Origin: Nitrospirales bacterium
GTDB taxonomy: Bacteria; Nitrospirota; Nitrospiria; Nitrospirales; UBA8639
Assembly: GCA_965223295.1 (NCBI GenBank)
Contig: CBDCWC010000003.1
Location: forward strand, 1,504,001 to 1,568,000
Reading direction: 5' to 3'
DNA: 64,000 nucleotides
The notes under the pieces were generated by a model, which saw nothing but the letters and a program-made list of their open reading frames with translations, made no database searches and was not told where the DNA came from. The position numbers were made by a program, and so were the translations under genes. Positions 41,605-51,342 of this stretch are shown piece after piece (the first letter of the stretch is position 1; each line of letters begins with the position of its first letter).

Positions 41605-41620
41605 TGGAATATAATTTGCA
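41605..41620 (+). promoter_or_regulatory. Sigma54 promoter upstream of the micropeptide and the sulP-dabA-mrp cluster
   Basis: TGGAAT-ATAAT-TTGCA. Confidence 0.75.
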
Positions 41621-41663
41621 GAATAATCATTGTATTACGTTAATTTATTGTAAGGAGCAAACA

Positions 41664-41735
41664 ATGGATCCACTTTTTGATTTAGCCATGATCGCCGTAG
41701 TTGCCATTATGGTTGGTTTTAATATTTACGGGTAA
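41664..41735 (+). CDS. Putative 23-aa TM micropeptide MDPLFDLAMIAVVAIMVGFNIYG
   Basis: TAAGGAG RBS; directly behind the sigma54 promoter; followed by the hairpin ATTTCTCTT/AAGAGAAAT. Confidence 0.65.
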   Translation: MDPLFDLAMIAVVAIMVGFNIYG

Positions 41736-42143
41736 TTAACCTTCTTTCATTTCTCTTGTAGTAAAAAGAGAAATTGAGGCGGTGTTGATCCGGGATCCCT
41801 CCCCAGTTTCTTCCATTCTTCAGGTCCTCTCTTCAAATCAAAGTGTTTCTACGTAATTAAAACTTCATAAGATCAAGGTTTTTAAGGAATTTTTTCTAAA
41901 ATTTCTTGAGGTCGCCCACTCCCTCCTGGTATATCTCTTTGACATCTCAAGGAGTTACGTAAAGCCGATAGCTTAAAGTTAGAGGTTTTTCAAAAATTCC
42001 ATTTCCCTTAAACAGTATGGGTTCTATCCAAATTATCGAGTGACTGACTCTCAGGAAGAAAAAAGGGGTCGGTGTCAATGCAAGCCGGTTTGTGTTGCTG
42101 GAAAGTGCTCCGGTAACTGGGACCGGCTTTGTTGTATAAGGTT

Positions 42144-42390
42144 CTGTTGAAAAAAGCTGCCGCCTACTCCGCCGGAGTCACTGGATGGGCTACGAAGGCC
42201 GGGAGCGGCGTTCCTGCCTTCGCCGGGCCTCCTTCGCCGTAGTGGCTATGAAGGCTGAAAGCGGCTTCGCGTTTACGCGCAGGAGCGCTTCACCGCGCAG
42301 GCGAGCGGACTTTTTTAAAAGACCCGAGGCCTCTGACATGTGAAACCGCAGAGGCTAAATGTGGCCATTGATATCATCATTATTCAACAG
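42144..42390 (+). mobile_element. MITE-like repeat, family A, copy 7 (several nested modules)
   Basis: ctgttgaaaaaagctgccgcc ... tattcaacag; longest copy. Confidence 0.8.
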
Positions 42391-42519
42391 CCCCATTAAG
42401 AGTTGTCCACAAACAACAAAATGCTGTTGAAATTTGCGCGAAAGAGACTTCCGGCATCAGTTGGCTGATATCAAAATAATATAGGGCGATCCTTCTTCAT
42501 CAGTTTCTCAAATCCCATC

Positions 42520-44157
42520 ATGACCTCAAGCGAAAAGGACATTCCTAGAGGGCAGATTTCAGAATTCCCGAAACACTGGCAGGCGGATATGGTTTCGGGG
42601 TTTTTGGTTTTTTTGATCGCGCTTCCGCTGTGCTTGGGGATTTCTTTAGCCTGTGGCTACCCTGCGATTTCCGGGATTTTTACGGCGATAATTGGTGGGG
42701 TGCTGGCCACTTTTTTCAGTAACTCTGAGCTCACGATTAAAGGGCCGGCCGCGGGGCTCATTGTTATCGCTCTGGGATGTGTGACGGAATTTGGGTTTAC
42801 AGGTGGGGAAGACCCTGCTGCTGATCTTCAGGCCTATCGCTTGGCTCTTGGTGTTGGTGTCGCAGCTGGACTGATCCAAATTCTATTTGGAATAGGTCGG
42901 GCGGGAATTCTGGGGGAGTTTTTCCCGACTTCGGCGGTGCATGGCCTGCTCACTGCTATTGGCGTCATCATTATGGCCAAACAATTTCCGGTGGCCATGG
43001 GCCTGAGTCCTGCAGGAACGCCTTTGGAACTGCTGGCCAACATTCCACATTTTATTCTGAACATGAATCCCCTGGTCGGTGTGATTGGCGTGGTGAGTCT
43101 GGTCATCATGTTTGGGTATCCGTTTCTGAAGAACTCTCGGTTGACCGCCATCCCAGCGCCAATGCTGGTGTTATGTATCACAGTGCCTTTAGCTATGTAT
43201 TTCAATATTGGAGGCGAGCAGACGTATTCCTTCCAAGGACAGGACTATCCATTAGGAAAGAATTTTCTCGTGGCGGTTCCGGAGAATATGTTTCATGCTC
43301 TCACCTTCCCTGACTTTTCTGGTCTCGGCACAACGATAGGAATAAAATATGTGATCATGTTTGCTTTAATAGGGAGTATCGAATCTCTTCTCAGCGCCAA
43401 GGCGATTGATGAAATTGATCCGTGGAAAAGAAAAACGGATCATGATCGAGATATGCTCGCGGTGGGAGTTGGGAATACCCTTGCCTCGTTTGTGGGTGGT
43501 CTTCCCATGATTTCGGAAATCGTTCGCAGCAAGGCCAATATTGATAATGGGGCACGGACTCGATTTGCGAATATGTTTCACGGCCTGTTTCTCCTGGGGT
43601 TTGTGGCACTCATCCCGGGCCTCATCAATCAGATTCCCCTTGCGGCCCTTGGAGCCATGCTTGTCTTTACGGGGTTCCGACTAGCGTCTCCTCAAGAATT
43701 TGTCCACATGTGGCAAGTTGGACGTGAGCAATTTATTATTTTTGTCTCAACGGTCATTGGCGTCTTGTCGACTGATTTGCTGATGGGAATCGCGATTGGC
43801 ATTGGTGTAAATTTTTTGGTGCATCTGAAGAATGGAGCGCCTCCTAAGTCACTTCTGAAGACACAAGTTACGGTGGGACGGCAGGAAAAGGAAGGCGTTG
43901 TTGTTCGAGTCAAAGATTCGGCTATTTTTAGTACATGGATCGGTCTGAAAAAAACATTAGAACCCTTAGTGACAGAATCTCGCGTGATCCTGGATTTATC
44001 CGATACGGCTCTCGTTGACCACACGGTTATGTCTAAACTTCAAGATATGGAAAAGACCTTTCAGGAACATGGATCGACCCTAGTCCTTGTGGGATTAGAG
44101 CAGCATCAGCGACTGTCTGATCATCCTGCCGCAGCGAGAAAAAAGGTGCGAACATAG
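42520..44157 (+). CDS. SulP/SLC26 anion transporter (second subfamily)
   Basis: GFLVFLIALPLCLGIS, IKGPAAGL, IESLLSA and GGLPMISEIVRS; short STAS-like tail. Confidence 0.92.
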   Translation: MTSSEKDIPRGQISEFPKHWQADMVSGFLVFLIALPLCLGISLACGYPAISGIFTAIIGGVLATFFSNSELTIKGPAAGLIVIALGCVTEFGFTGGEDPAADLQAYRLALGVGVAAGLIQILFGIGRAGILGEFFPTSAVHGLLTAIGVIIMAKQFPVAMGLSPAGTPLELLANIPHFILNMNPLVGVIGVVSLVIMFGYPFLKNSRLTAIPAPMLVLCITVPLAMYFNIGGEQTYSFQGQDYPLGKNFLVAVPENMFHALTFPDFSGLGTTIGIKYVIMFALIGSIESLLSAKAIDEIDPWKRKTDHDRDMLAVGVGNTLASFVGGLPMISEIVRSKANIDNGARTRFANMFHGLFLLGFVALIPGLINQIPLAALGAMLVFTGFRLASPQEFVHMWQVGREQFIIFVSTVIGVLSTDLLMGIAIGIGVNFLVHLKNGAPPKSLLKTQVTVGRQEKEGVVVRVKDSAIFSTWIGLKKTLEPLVTESRVILDLSDTALVDHTVMSKLQDMEKTFQEHGSTLVLVGLEQHQRLSDHPAAARKKVRT

Positions 44158-44160
44158 GTC

Positions 44161-47100
44161 ATGAAAGATTCGATGACGGTTGAATCAGTGAGACAAGAGG
44201 TTTCTCCTTTGACCCAAGAAGAACGGAAAATGCTTGGTGCTGTCATTGAATCGGCCAGTGAGCCCATCGCCCCGTTTTGGCCCATGCGGACTATGGTGGC
44301 TCAAAACCCCATTCATGGCTTGGAATATCTTTCATTTGATGAGGCGGTTCGACAGGGCAAAGATCTTCTTGGAGGCAATGGTTATCTGCCGAATGAAGAA
44401 TATCGGCAATTCTATTTGGAAGGGCGAATCACTCTCGAAAGTATTCAACGGGCATTAATCCCCGTAGGACCTCGGCCCCAATCACAAGAACCGATCACGA
44501 TCGGAACGCGTCAATTTTCTCCTCAAGATATTTGGAAATGGCATCTGGTTCGCGGCTTCGAGGAGTTGGAACCTGTCCTCTTGCAATGGGAGCTCAGTGG
44601 ACGAGGAGCCATTGAGGAATTTCGTTCAGACTTTCCCAGTGAAGCCAAACATCGGATTATCCAACGAACGATTAAGGAATGTGAGCATTGTCGAGACTTT
44701 CCCGAAAAGGCCTATTTAACAAATCTATGGAATGCCACCTTATTTACATTAGGTCTTCATGATTCTATCTCGGAAGAAAAGACTGATCATGCCTCTGCTC
44801 AAAAAGAATTTTCTGCCCGTGCCATAGAAGAATCACCACTCGTCATTGATTTACCCGTTCGGCGAACGATGAGTGATTGGATCGAATGCTTGAGTAGTGT
44901 TCCTTTGGTCGAACAGATCAATCACCAAATGATTAAGTGGATTGCCGCTTTTGTTGACGAGGGGCAAGCAGGTTGGCAAATGCCATTCAGGGAGAAGGGC
45001 TTTTTCCTCGCGTGGCAGGACTTGGCTCAATTGGACTACTCTGGGCACTTCTTGGGGATTACTGACTTTCATCAGAAAGTTCAAGCGTTGCCTCCTGACC
45101 CTGAAGAGGTCATTGCTTTGTGTCTGCGCCGTCTTGGCGTTCCTTACGCACAATGGCAATCGTATCTTGCCCGTGAGCTCTCTCAACTGCCAGGATGGAC
45201 TCGATACATTCGGTGGTTGGGAGAACATCCTCTGTATCATGCTCAACGACAACATCCGATTGACACGAGACAGTATTTGGCGGTTCGACTGTTTTATGAA
45301 GTGGAATTGACTAACATTTGCTGTCGACAAGAATGGGGAATTGATGGAACTGTTTCAGCCATGACGGCATATTGGAAGGACCGATCTGAAGAATATCGCA
45401 ATCGAATAGGAGAAGGAGGGCATTCTATTGATCAAACAGAACGGATGATATGCCGAGACGCCTGGCGATTATTTCATCTCGCACAATTCCTTGAGTTATC
45501 TCCAATTGAAGTCCATGACCTATCACTTGCTGATGCTCAGAAGATGTTGCAATGGCTAGATGAATTTCCTGCTGATCAGCATAGTTCCGTGTGGCTTGAA
45601 GCCTATGAAGAATCGTTTCGGGCAGACATCCTAAGCAAGATCTCCGCGCATCGGGAGACCGTTCCAGCCTTAACGTCTCGTCCTCATGCGCAATTGGTCT
45701 TTTGTATCGATGTACGCTCTGAATCATTTCGCCGTCATATTGAAGCCCAAGGTCCTTACGAAACGTTCGGGTTCGCGGGGTTTTTTGGCATACCTCTGAG
45801 CCATCAAGTCTTTGATAGTGATCAGCGTTCCTTCTTGTGCCCTGTACTACTTACTCCTAACCATGCCGTCATGGAAATACCCCGATCTGGAGAGGAAACG
45901 GCGTTAGAAAAGTATTCTTCTGGTACTCGCTGGCATCAGCTGGGGCATCATTTCTTTCATGATCTGAAACATCATCCTATTGGGTCTATGATGGCAATTG
46001 ATGTGCTAGGACTCTTTTTTAGTCTGGGGTTGGTGGGAAAAACCCTATTCCAAAAAACATTTCAGGGGATTACCTCGAGCATCGAGCGTTGGTTCACCTA
46101 TAGAGTGCCGACTCAAATCGCGGTTTGCGCTCCCGTCGATCAGAAGAACCCAAAAGTCGGAGAAGTGCATGCAGAAGGGGTTCCCGTGGGTCTCGCTCAG
46201 GGGTTTTCTTTGGCAGAACGAGCCACCTTTATCGAAAACGGCTTACGCGCCATGGGACTTTCACAGAATTATGCGCGGCTCGTGTGCCTCTGTGGCCATG
46301 GCAGTGAGACAGACAACAATCCCTATTATGGCGCATTGGATTGTGGGGCCTGTGGAGGAGCACCCGGAGATGCGAATGCGCGGGTCTTTGCTGCAATGGC
46401 GAATGATCCTCAGGTTCGGCGTATCTTGAAACAAAATGGGTTGCCCATTCCAGACGATACGTGGTTCCTTCCTGGGAAACATAACACGACAACTGATCGA
46501 GTCGAGTTTTACGATCTAGAAGAATTACCTGGTACACATATTGAAGATTTGCGTGCGTTGAACAAAGATCTAGAAGCAGCTGGTGCGAATCAAGCCCTTG
46601 AACGTTGCCATCGCATTCCACGTGCCCCGGAAGAGATTTCTCCAGAGCAGGCCTTTGCTCATGTCATGGAGCGCAGTTGCGATTGGGCCAACCCTCGACC
46701 GGAATGGGGGTTAGCTGGGAATGGCGCCTTTCTTATCGGGAGACGGAAGCTGACGAAAGGTTTGGATTTAGGCGGTCGTGTGTTTTTGCATTCGTATGAT
46801 CCTCTTGCTGATCCCGAGGGAGCCATCCTTGAAAAAATCATGACCGCACCCTTAATTGTCGGCGAATGGATTAGCACCGGCTATTACTTTTCCGCTGTGG
46901 ATCCATGGACCTATGGCAGTGGTAGTAAAGTCTTGCACAATGTGGTTGGTGGTGTTGGAATGATGTTGGGAAGCCAAAGTGATTTGCAAATGGGCTTTCC
47001 TTTACAAACGGTGAATAACGGAGACGTTCACTATCACGAACCCATGCGGCTACTCGCCATCATTGAACATAAGCCGAGTGTGATCTCGTCTATCATTCAA

Positions 47101-47226
47101 AAACATGCGATCCTTCAGCGGCTATTTCATAACCAGTGGTTAAATCTTGTTGCGATCGATCCCCACACCTTTGCGTTTCATCGCTATTTTCCTGATGGCC
47201 AGTGGGAAGCTGTCACTCACAACTGA
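44161..47226 (+). CDS. dabA: DabA (DUF2309/UPF0753) inorganic-carbon pump, beta-CA-like subunit
   Basis: IAPFWP, FCIDVRSE, FAGFFG, GHGS, LDCGACGG, RPEWGL, LHSYD and HEPMRL motifs. Confidence 0.95.
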   Translation: MKDSMTVESVRQEVSPLTQEERKMLGAVIESASEPIAPFWPMRTMVAQNPIHGLEYLSFDEAVRQGKDLLGGNGYLPNEEYRQFYLEGRITLESIQRALIPVGPRPQSQEPITIGTRQFSPQDIWKWHLVRGFEELEPVLLQWELSGRGAIEEFRSDFPSEAKHRIIQRTIKECEHCRDFPEKAYLTNLWNATLFTLGLHDSISEEKTDHASAQKEFSARAIEESPLVIDLPVRRTMSDWIECLSSVPLVEQINHQMIKWIAAFVDEGQAGWQMPFREKGFFLAWQDLAQLDYSGHFLGITDFHQKVQALPPDPEEVIALCLRRLGVPYAQWQSYLARELSQLPGWTRYIRWLGEHPLYHAQRQHPIDTRQYLAVRLFYEVELTNICCRQEWGIDGTVSAMTAYWKDRSEEYRNRIGEGGHSIDQTERMICRDAWRLFHLAQFLELSPIEVHDLSLADAQKMLQWLDEFPADQHSSVWLEAYEESFRADILSKISAHRETVPALTSRPHAQLVFCIDVRSESFRRHIEAQGPYETFGFAGFFGIPLSHQVFDSDQRSFLCPVLLTPNHAVMEIPRSGEETALEKYSSGTRWHQLGHHFFHDLKHHPIGSMMAIDVLGLFFSLGLVGKTLFQKTFQGITSSIERWFTYRVPTQIAVCAPVDQKNPKVGEVHAEGVPVGLAQGFSLAERATFIENGLRAMGLSQNYARLVCLCGHGSETDNNPYYGALDCGACGGAPGDANARVFAAMANDPQVRRILKQNGLPIPDDTWFLPGKHNTTTDRVEFYDLEELPGTHIEDLRALNKDLEAAGANQALERCHRIPRAPEEISPEQAFAHVMERSCDWANPRPEWGLAGNGAFLIGRRKLTKGLDLGGRVFLHSYDPLADPEGAILEKIMTAPLIVGEWISTGYYFSAVDPWTYGSGSKVLHNVVGGVGMMLGSQSDLQMGFPLQTVNNGDVHYHEPMRLLAIIEHKPSVISSIIQKHAILQRLFHNQWLNLVAIDPHTFAFHRYFPDGQWEAVTHN

Positions 47227-47430
47227 GCAGACTAAGGCGATATGTGGTGAGGAAGAAATGTCGCACCGATAAAAGAACGAAAATTCTTTTAGGAATGCCG
47301 GATTAAATTTTATCCGCGCTAATAAACTGGTAGCTGTACAATCTCACTAGAACCGTCTAGATGATTTTTCGCTGAATTCCTTTCAGCTTCCATAAGATTT
47401 CGGGATAAGGGAATGAATGGTGCTACATAA

Positions 47431-47958
47431 ATGACAAGCAAGGGTTTTTCTCCAGGGGCCCGCCCTAGACCGATTTCCTCACAATTCTTGATACTAAAGA
47501 CCACGGCACTCTTTGTGTTGTGGATCATGTTATCTGCAAGTTTCGACTGGATCCATCTTGGATTGGGTTTGGTTCTCTCGTTTGCGGTAGCGTGGGTGAA
47601 CTCTGGCCACTCTCCCTTTGTTCCCAAATTTCGATTGTGGGGTAACATCATTCTCTATCTCCCTTGGCTTTTTGTGAAAATCGTCCAAAGCAGTCTTCAT
47701 CTATCAAAGCTCATTCTTCACCCCGCGCTTCCCATTAATCCTAGGTTGATCCACGTGGAGACGCAATTGGGACATCATGCAGCAGTTGTGCTTCTTGGTA
47801 ATTCCATTACGTTGACTCCTGGAACGATCACCGCGGAAGTTGAACGTAATACGCTCATTGTTCACGCCATGGATGAAGTTTCAGCGCAGGATGTCACAAG
47901 TAAGCGGATCGAATCCAAAATTGCTGCAATTTTTAAAGATGAAAAGCCGGATCTATGA
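47431..47958 (+). CDS. mrpE: Mrp Na+/H+ antiporter subunit E (start may be later)
   Basis: NSITLTPGT...VHA motif. Confidence 0.9.
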   Translation: MTSKGFSPGARPRPISSQFLILKTTALFVLWIMLSASFDWIHLGLGLVLSFAVAWVNSGHSPFVPKFRLWGNIILYLPWLFVKIVQSSLHLSKLILHPALPINPRLIHVETQLGHHAAVVLLGNSITLTPGTITAEVERNTLIVHAMDEVSAQDVTSKRIESKIAAIFKDEKPDL

Positions 47959-48221
47959 AAGTATTTCTGCTCTGTGTTTTGATCTTATTGGCTTTACTCA
48001 TTGGTTCGTATTTGTATCGTGTGCTTCAGGGGCCCACGATTTTTGATCGTGTATTGGGTCTCAATGGCATTTCTACCAAGGCGATTATTCTCTTGATTGT
48101 GATGGGTATGTACTTTGAGCGAATCGACATGTTTATCGATATCTCGACTGGGTATGCCCTATTGAATCTGGTGGGAGCTCTTGCCGTCGCAAAATTTCTG
48201 GAACAAAGAGGACTACCCTAG
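47955..48221 (+). CDS. mrpF: Mrp subunit F
   Basis: RVLQGPTIFDRV motif; 3 TM helices. Confidence 0.9.
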   Translation: MKVFLLCVLILLALLIGSYLYRVLQGPTIFDRVLGLNGISTKAIILLIVMGMYFERIDMFIDISTGYALLNLVGALAVAKFLEQRGLP

Positions 48222-48222
48222 C

Positions 48223-48522
48223 ATGGAAGTGACTGCTATCTCCTGTATTCTGGCTGGATTATTTTTCTTGATTGTTGCGGCGATTGGGGTGATTCGTCTG
48301 CCCGATGTGTTTAGTCGTTCTCACGCCGTTTCGCTTACAGACTCGTTAGGTGCCTTTCTGATGTTAGTGGGCATTGCGCTTCATGAGGGCCTGAGTACGA
48401 GTACCCTGAAAATTATTGCAGTCTTGGCATTACTCTATATTCAAAATCCGGTTATTGCCCATGCGACGGTTCGCGCCGCGATGCGAGCTGGCCTCAAACC
48501 GTGGAAACGAGAGACCTCATGA
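48223..48522 (+). CDS. mrpG: Mrp subunit G
   Basis: GVIRLPDVFSRSHA...DSLG...NPVIAHA; start at ATG 48223. Confidence 0.9.
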   Translation: MEVTAISCILAGLFFLIVAAIGVIRLPDVFSRSHAVSLTDSLGAFLMLVGIALHEGLSTSTLKIIAVLALLYIQNPVIAHATVRAAMRAGLKPWKRETS

Positions 48523-49049
48523 CCTTTTCGTATGAAATCCCCTTGCTCGTTCTTCTCCTTGCCACCGCAGCCGGTGCCATATTAGTCAAAGATCTCATCA
48601 GTGCGATCTTGCTCTTGGGGTCTTATAGTTTTTTTCTGGCCTTGGTATGGGCTTGGTTAGGAGCGGTGGATGTGGCGTTTGTCGAAGCAGTTGTTGGAGC
48701 TGGGTTAGCCACCGTGCTTTTTTTGCTCACCCTGTTTGGAACCGCACCAAAAGACAATCGTCTTAGGCGGCCACCACCGCCCATGGCAGCATTAATTGCT
48801 CTTCCACTGTTAGGCCTTCTCTTGCTCTATGCAGCAAACGATCTTCCTGAGTTTGGAGATCCATATTCTCCTGCAAGTGTTCATATTTCGCCGACCTATC
48901 TCGAACAGAGTTATGCGGATACTCATACACCAAATGTTGTGACCTCGGTGCTGATGGATTACCGCTCGCTCGATACGATGGTGGAAACCGTGGTGATTTT
49001 TACGGCAGGTATTGCCTGTGCCCTTTTGTTGAGGAGACAAACCTCATGA
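48519..49049 (+). CDS. DUF4040 plus MbhE-like subunit (stand-alone MrpA C-terminal part)
   Basis: A.DVAFVEAVVGAG and PNVVTSVLMDYRSLDTMVE motifs. Confidence 0.88.
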   Translation: MTFSYEIPLLVLLLATAAGAILVKDLISAILLLGSYSFFLALVWAWLGAVDVAFVEAVVGAGLATVLFLLTLFGTAPKDNRLRRPPPPMAALIALPLLGLLLLYAANDLPEFGDPYSPASVHISPTYLEQSYADTHTPNVVTSVLMDYRSLDTMVETVVIFTAGIACALLLRRQTS

Positions 49050-49498
49050 TTCAACCTCACGATAGTATCATTGTTCAGACCTTGGGACGTTTTCTCATTC
49101 CGGTAATCCAAATTTTTGGGCTGTACGTGTTGTTTTTCGGCCAATACGGTCCTGGTGGAGGATTTGTTGGAGGAGTGATCTTAGGGACGGGTATGATTTT
49201 ATCAGTGTTGATTTTTGGCCATGATGCATCTCGGAGTCAGGTGGCGAAAAAAGTATTGCACGGTGATGGAGTCGGCATGTTGATTTATGCTGGGGTGGGA
49301 GGCTTATGTATGATTGGGGGTGGAGAGTTTCTCAATTATGCCAATCTGGAGATTCCAGGGCTTGAGACAGCATCCCGCCGGTCATTGGGAATCATCTTGA
49401 CGCAAATTGGTGTGGCTGTGGATGTGGCTGTTACGGCGGTCTCCATTGTGTTCAGTCTTTCTGCTGAAGAAATTATGGAGGATTCGATGAATGGGTGA
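49046..49498 (+). CDS. mrpB: Mrp subunit B (MnhB)
   Basis: GPGGGFVGG motif. Confidence 0.88.
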   Translation: MIQPHDSIIVQTLGRFLIPVIQIFGLYVLFFGQYGPGGGFVGGVILGTGMILSVLIFGHDASRSQVAKKVLHGDGVGMLIYAGVGGLCMIGGGEFLNYANLEIPGLETASRRSLGIILTQIGVAVDVAVTAVSIVFSLSAEEIMEDSMNG

Positions 49499-49868
49499 TC
49501 TCTTTTCCGCCGTCTTTCAGCGTCCTAACTTTTTGACGTTTGTCATTATTTTCCTGTGGGGCTTTTATATCATGGTGACACGATATAACCTCGTCAAGAA
49601 ACTGGTCGGTTTGTATCTGGTGCAAACCAGCGTAATTTTTTTTCTGGTATCTATTAGTGCGAAGAAACACTCAACCGCTCCCGTTCTTCTGTCTACCACT
49701 GAAACCGTGCAAGCTATGAACTATGCGAATCCGTTGCCACATGTGCTGACGTTGACGGCTATTGTGGTTGGTGTCGCTACCTTGGGTGTGGCCTTGGCCT
49801 TGTGTGCTGCGATCTATCGACGATACGGCAGTCTTGATGAAGAAGAAATTCTAAAAAAATTAGAATGA
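49491..49868 (+). CDS. mrpC: Mrp subunit C
   Basis: NLVKKLVG and NPLPHVLTLTAIVVG motifs. Confidence 0.92.
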   Translation: MGDLFSAVFQRPNFLTFVIIFLWGFYIMVTRYNLVKKLVGLYLVQTSVIFFLVSISAKKHSTAPVLLSTTETVQAMNYANPLPHVLTLTAIVVGVATLGVALALCAAIYRRYGSLDEEEILKKLE

Positions 49869-51334
49869 CTCATCACTTTCCAGCCATTCTGTTTCTGCTC
49901 CCTTTGTTTGCGGCGATTTCCATGCCAGTGGTTTGTTTGAAACACCGAGAATGGAGTCGGCCTATCTCTCTGGCTGTACTCGGGGCTATGGTTGTGGTCT
50001 CCATTCTGAATCTCATCAGTGTCATCAATCACGGAGAAGTGCGATATGCCTTTAGTGGCTGGACTGCACCATTAGGCATTGAGTGGGTCGCAGATGGTTT
50101 AGCGAGCGTAATCCTTATGACATTGAGTCTCTTGGGTTTGCTGGCGTTGGTCTTTACCGGGCCTACTTCACCAAAAGATCTTGGTGGACGAATTGTTCAT
50201 TATTACATCTTGATCTTGCTGCTAATTTCCGCGCTCACTGGAATTGTGTTTGCAGGAGATTTATTTAATCTATTCGTATTTTTAGAAGTCGCAGCCATAT
50301 CCAGTTATGCACTCATTGGCGTGGCTGGAGGCAGAGCTCTATTCGCCGCTTTTCGTTATCTCGTGTTGGGAACGCTTGGGGCTTCCCTCTATTTATTAGG
50401 GGTGAGTTATTTCTACGCGGCCAGTGGGACGCTCAATATGGCAGATATGGCTCAGAAACTCCCCCAATTATTGACCTCGAAAGCTGTGGTCGGCGGGCTT
50501 CTTTTTATGTTCATAGGATTAGGCATCAAAATGGCTTTGGTGCCGTTCCATGCATGGCTGCCGGACGCCTACACGTATGCTCCGGAATCAATATCTCCTA
50601 TTTTGGCGGCATTGGTCACCAAGGTGGCATTATTAGGATGGGTCCGCATAATTTACTGGGTTCTGGGTGCCAAGGCCATCGTCTACGACATTCCTGTGCT
50701 CTTACTCGTGGGGATACTGGGCACTCTGGCGGCGGTCATTGGTGCGGTTCTCGCCCTGTCTCAGCGAAACATTAAAATGATGTTTGCCTATGGGGGGATT
50801 TCTCACATTGGCATCATTCTTATTGGCGTGAGTCAGGGTAACCATACAGGATTTGTGGGGGGTGTCTTCTATTTACTGAACGATGCAGTTATGCAAGCAG
50901 CATTGTTTTTTTTAGCAGGGGTAGCCATTTGCCAGTATGGCGTTCGGACCGTAGAAGATATTGGGCAAATTGGGAGACAAGCGCCTTGGTTTACGGGGGC
51001 TTTGGTGGTCGTGGCGCTAGGTATGATAGGCCTTCCTCCGACTGGGGGATTTTTTGGAAAATGGTATATCATTCTTGGAGCACTTGAAGCGAACAATTAC
51101 ATCGCAGTCGCCGCAGTTTTACTCTCGACTCTCCTGACGCTTGCCTATTTCGTGAAACTATTTGAGGCGATCTTTCGTCAACCAGCAACTCAATCGGAGA
51201 TGCTTCCAGGGGAGATTCCTTTCCCTTATAAACTGAGTGTGGGGATGACAGCCGCGGCCGTGATGATCTTAGGTCTGTTGAGTGACCCCATTGTTCAGTT
51301 TTTATTGAACCAGGCATTGCCACCCGGTATTTGA
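49865..51334 (+). CDS. mrpD: Mrp subunit D (antiporter-like)
   Basis: GDLFNLFVFLEV, KMALVPFHAWLPDAY and GLPPTGGFFGKW motifs. Confidence 0.92.
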   Translation: MTHHFPAILFLLPLFAAISMPVVCLKHREWSRPISLAVLGAMVVVSILNLISVINHGEVRYAFSGWTAPLGIEWVADGLASVILMTLSLLGLLALVFTGPTSPKDLGGRIVHYYILILLLISALTGIVFAGDLFNLFVFLEVAAISSYALIGVAGGRALFAAFRYLVLGTLGASLYLLGVSYFYAASGTLNMADMAQKLPQLLTSKAVVGGLLFMFIGLGIKMALVPFHAWLPDAYTYAPESISPILAALVTKVALLGWVRIIYWVLGAKAIVYDIPVLLLVGILGTLAAVIGAVLALSQRNIKMMFAYGGISHIGIILIGVSQGNHTGFVGGVFYLLNDAVMQAALFFLAGVAICQYGVRTVEDIGQIGRQAPWFTGALVVVALGMIGLPPTGGFFGKWYIILGALEANNYIAVAAVLLSTLLTLAYFVKLFEAIFRQPATQSEMLPGEIPFPYKLSVGMTAAAVMILGLLSDPIVQFLLNQALPPGI

Positions 51335-51342
51335 AGGAAGCT

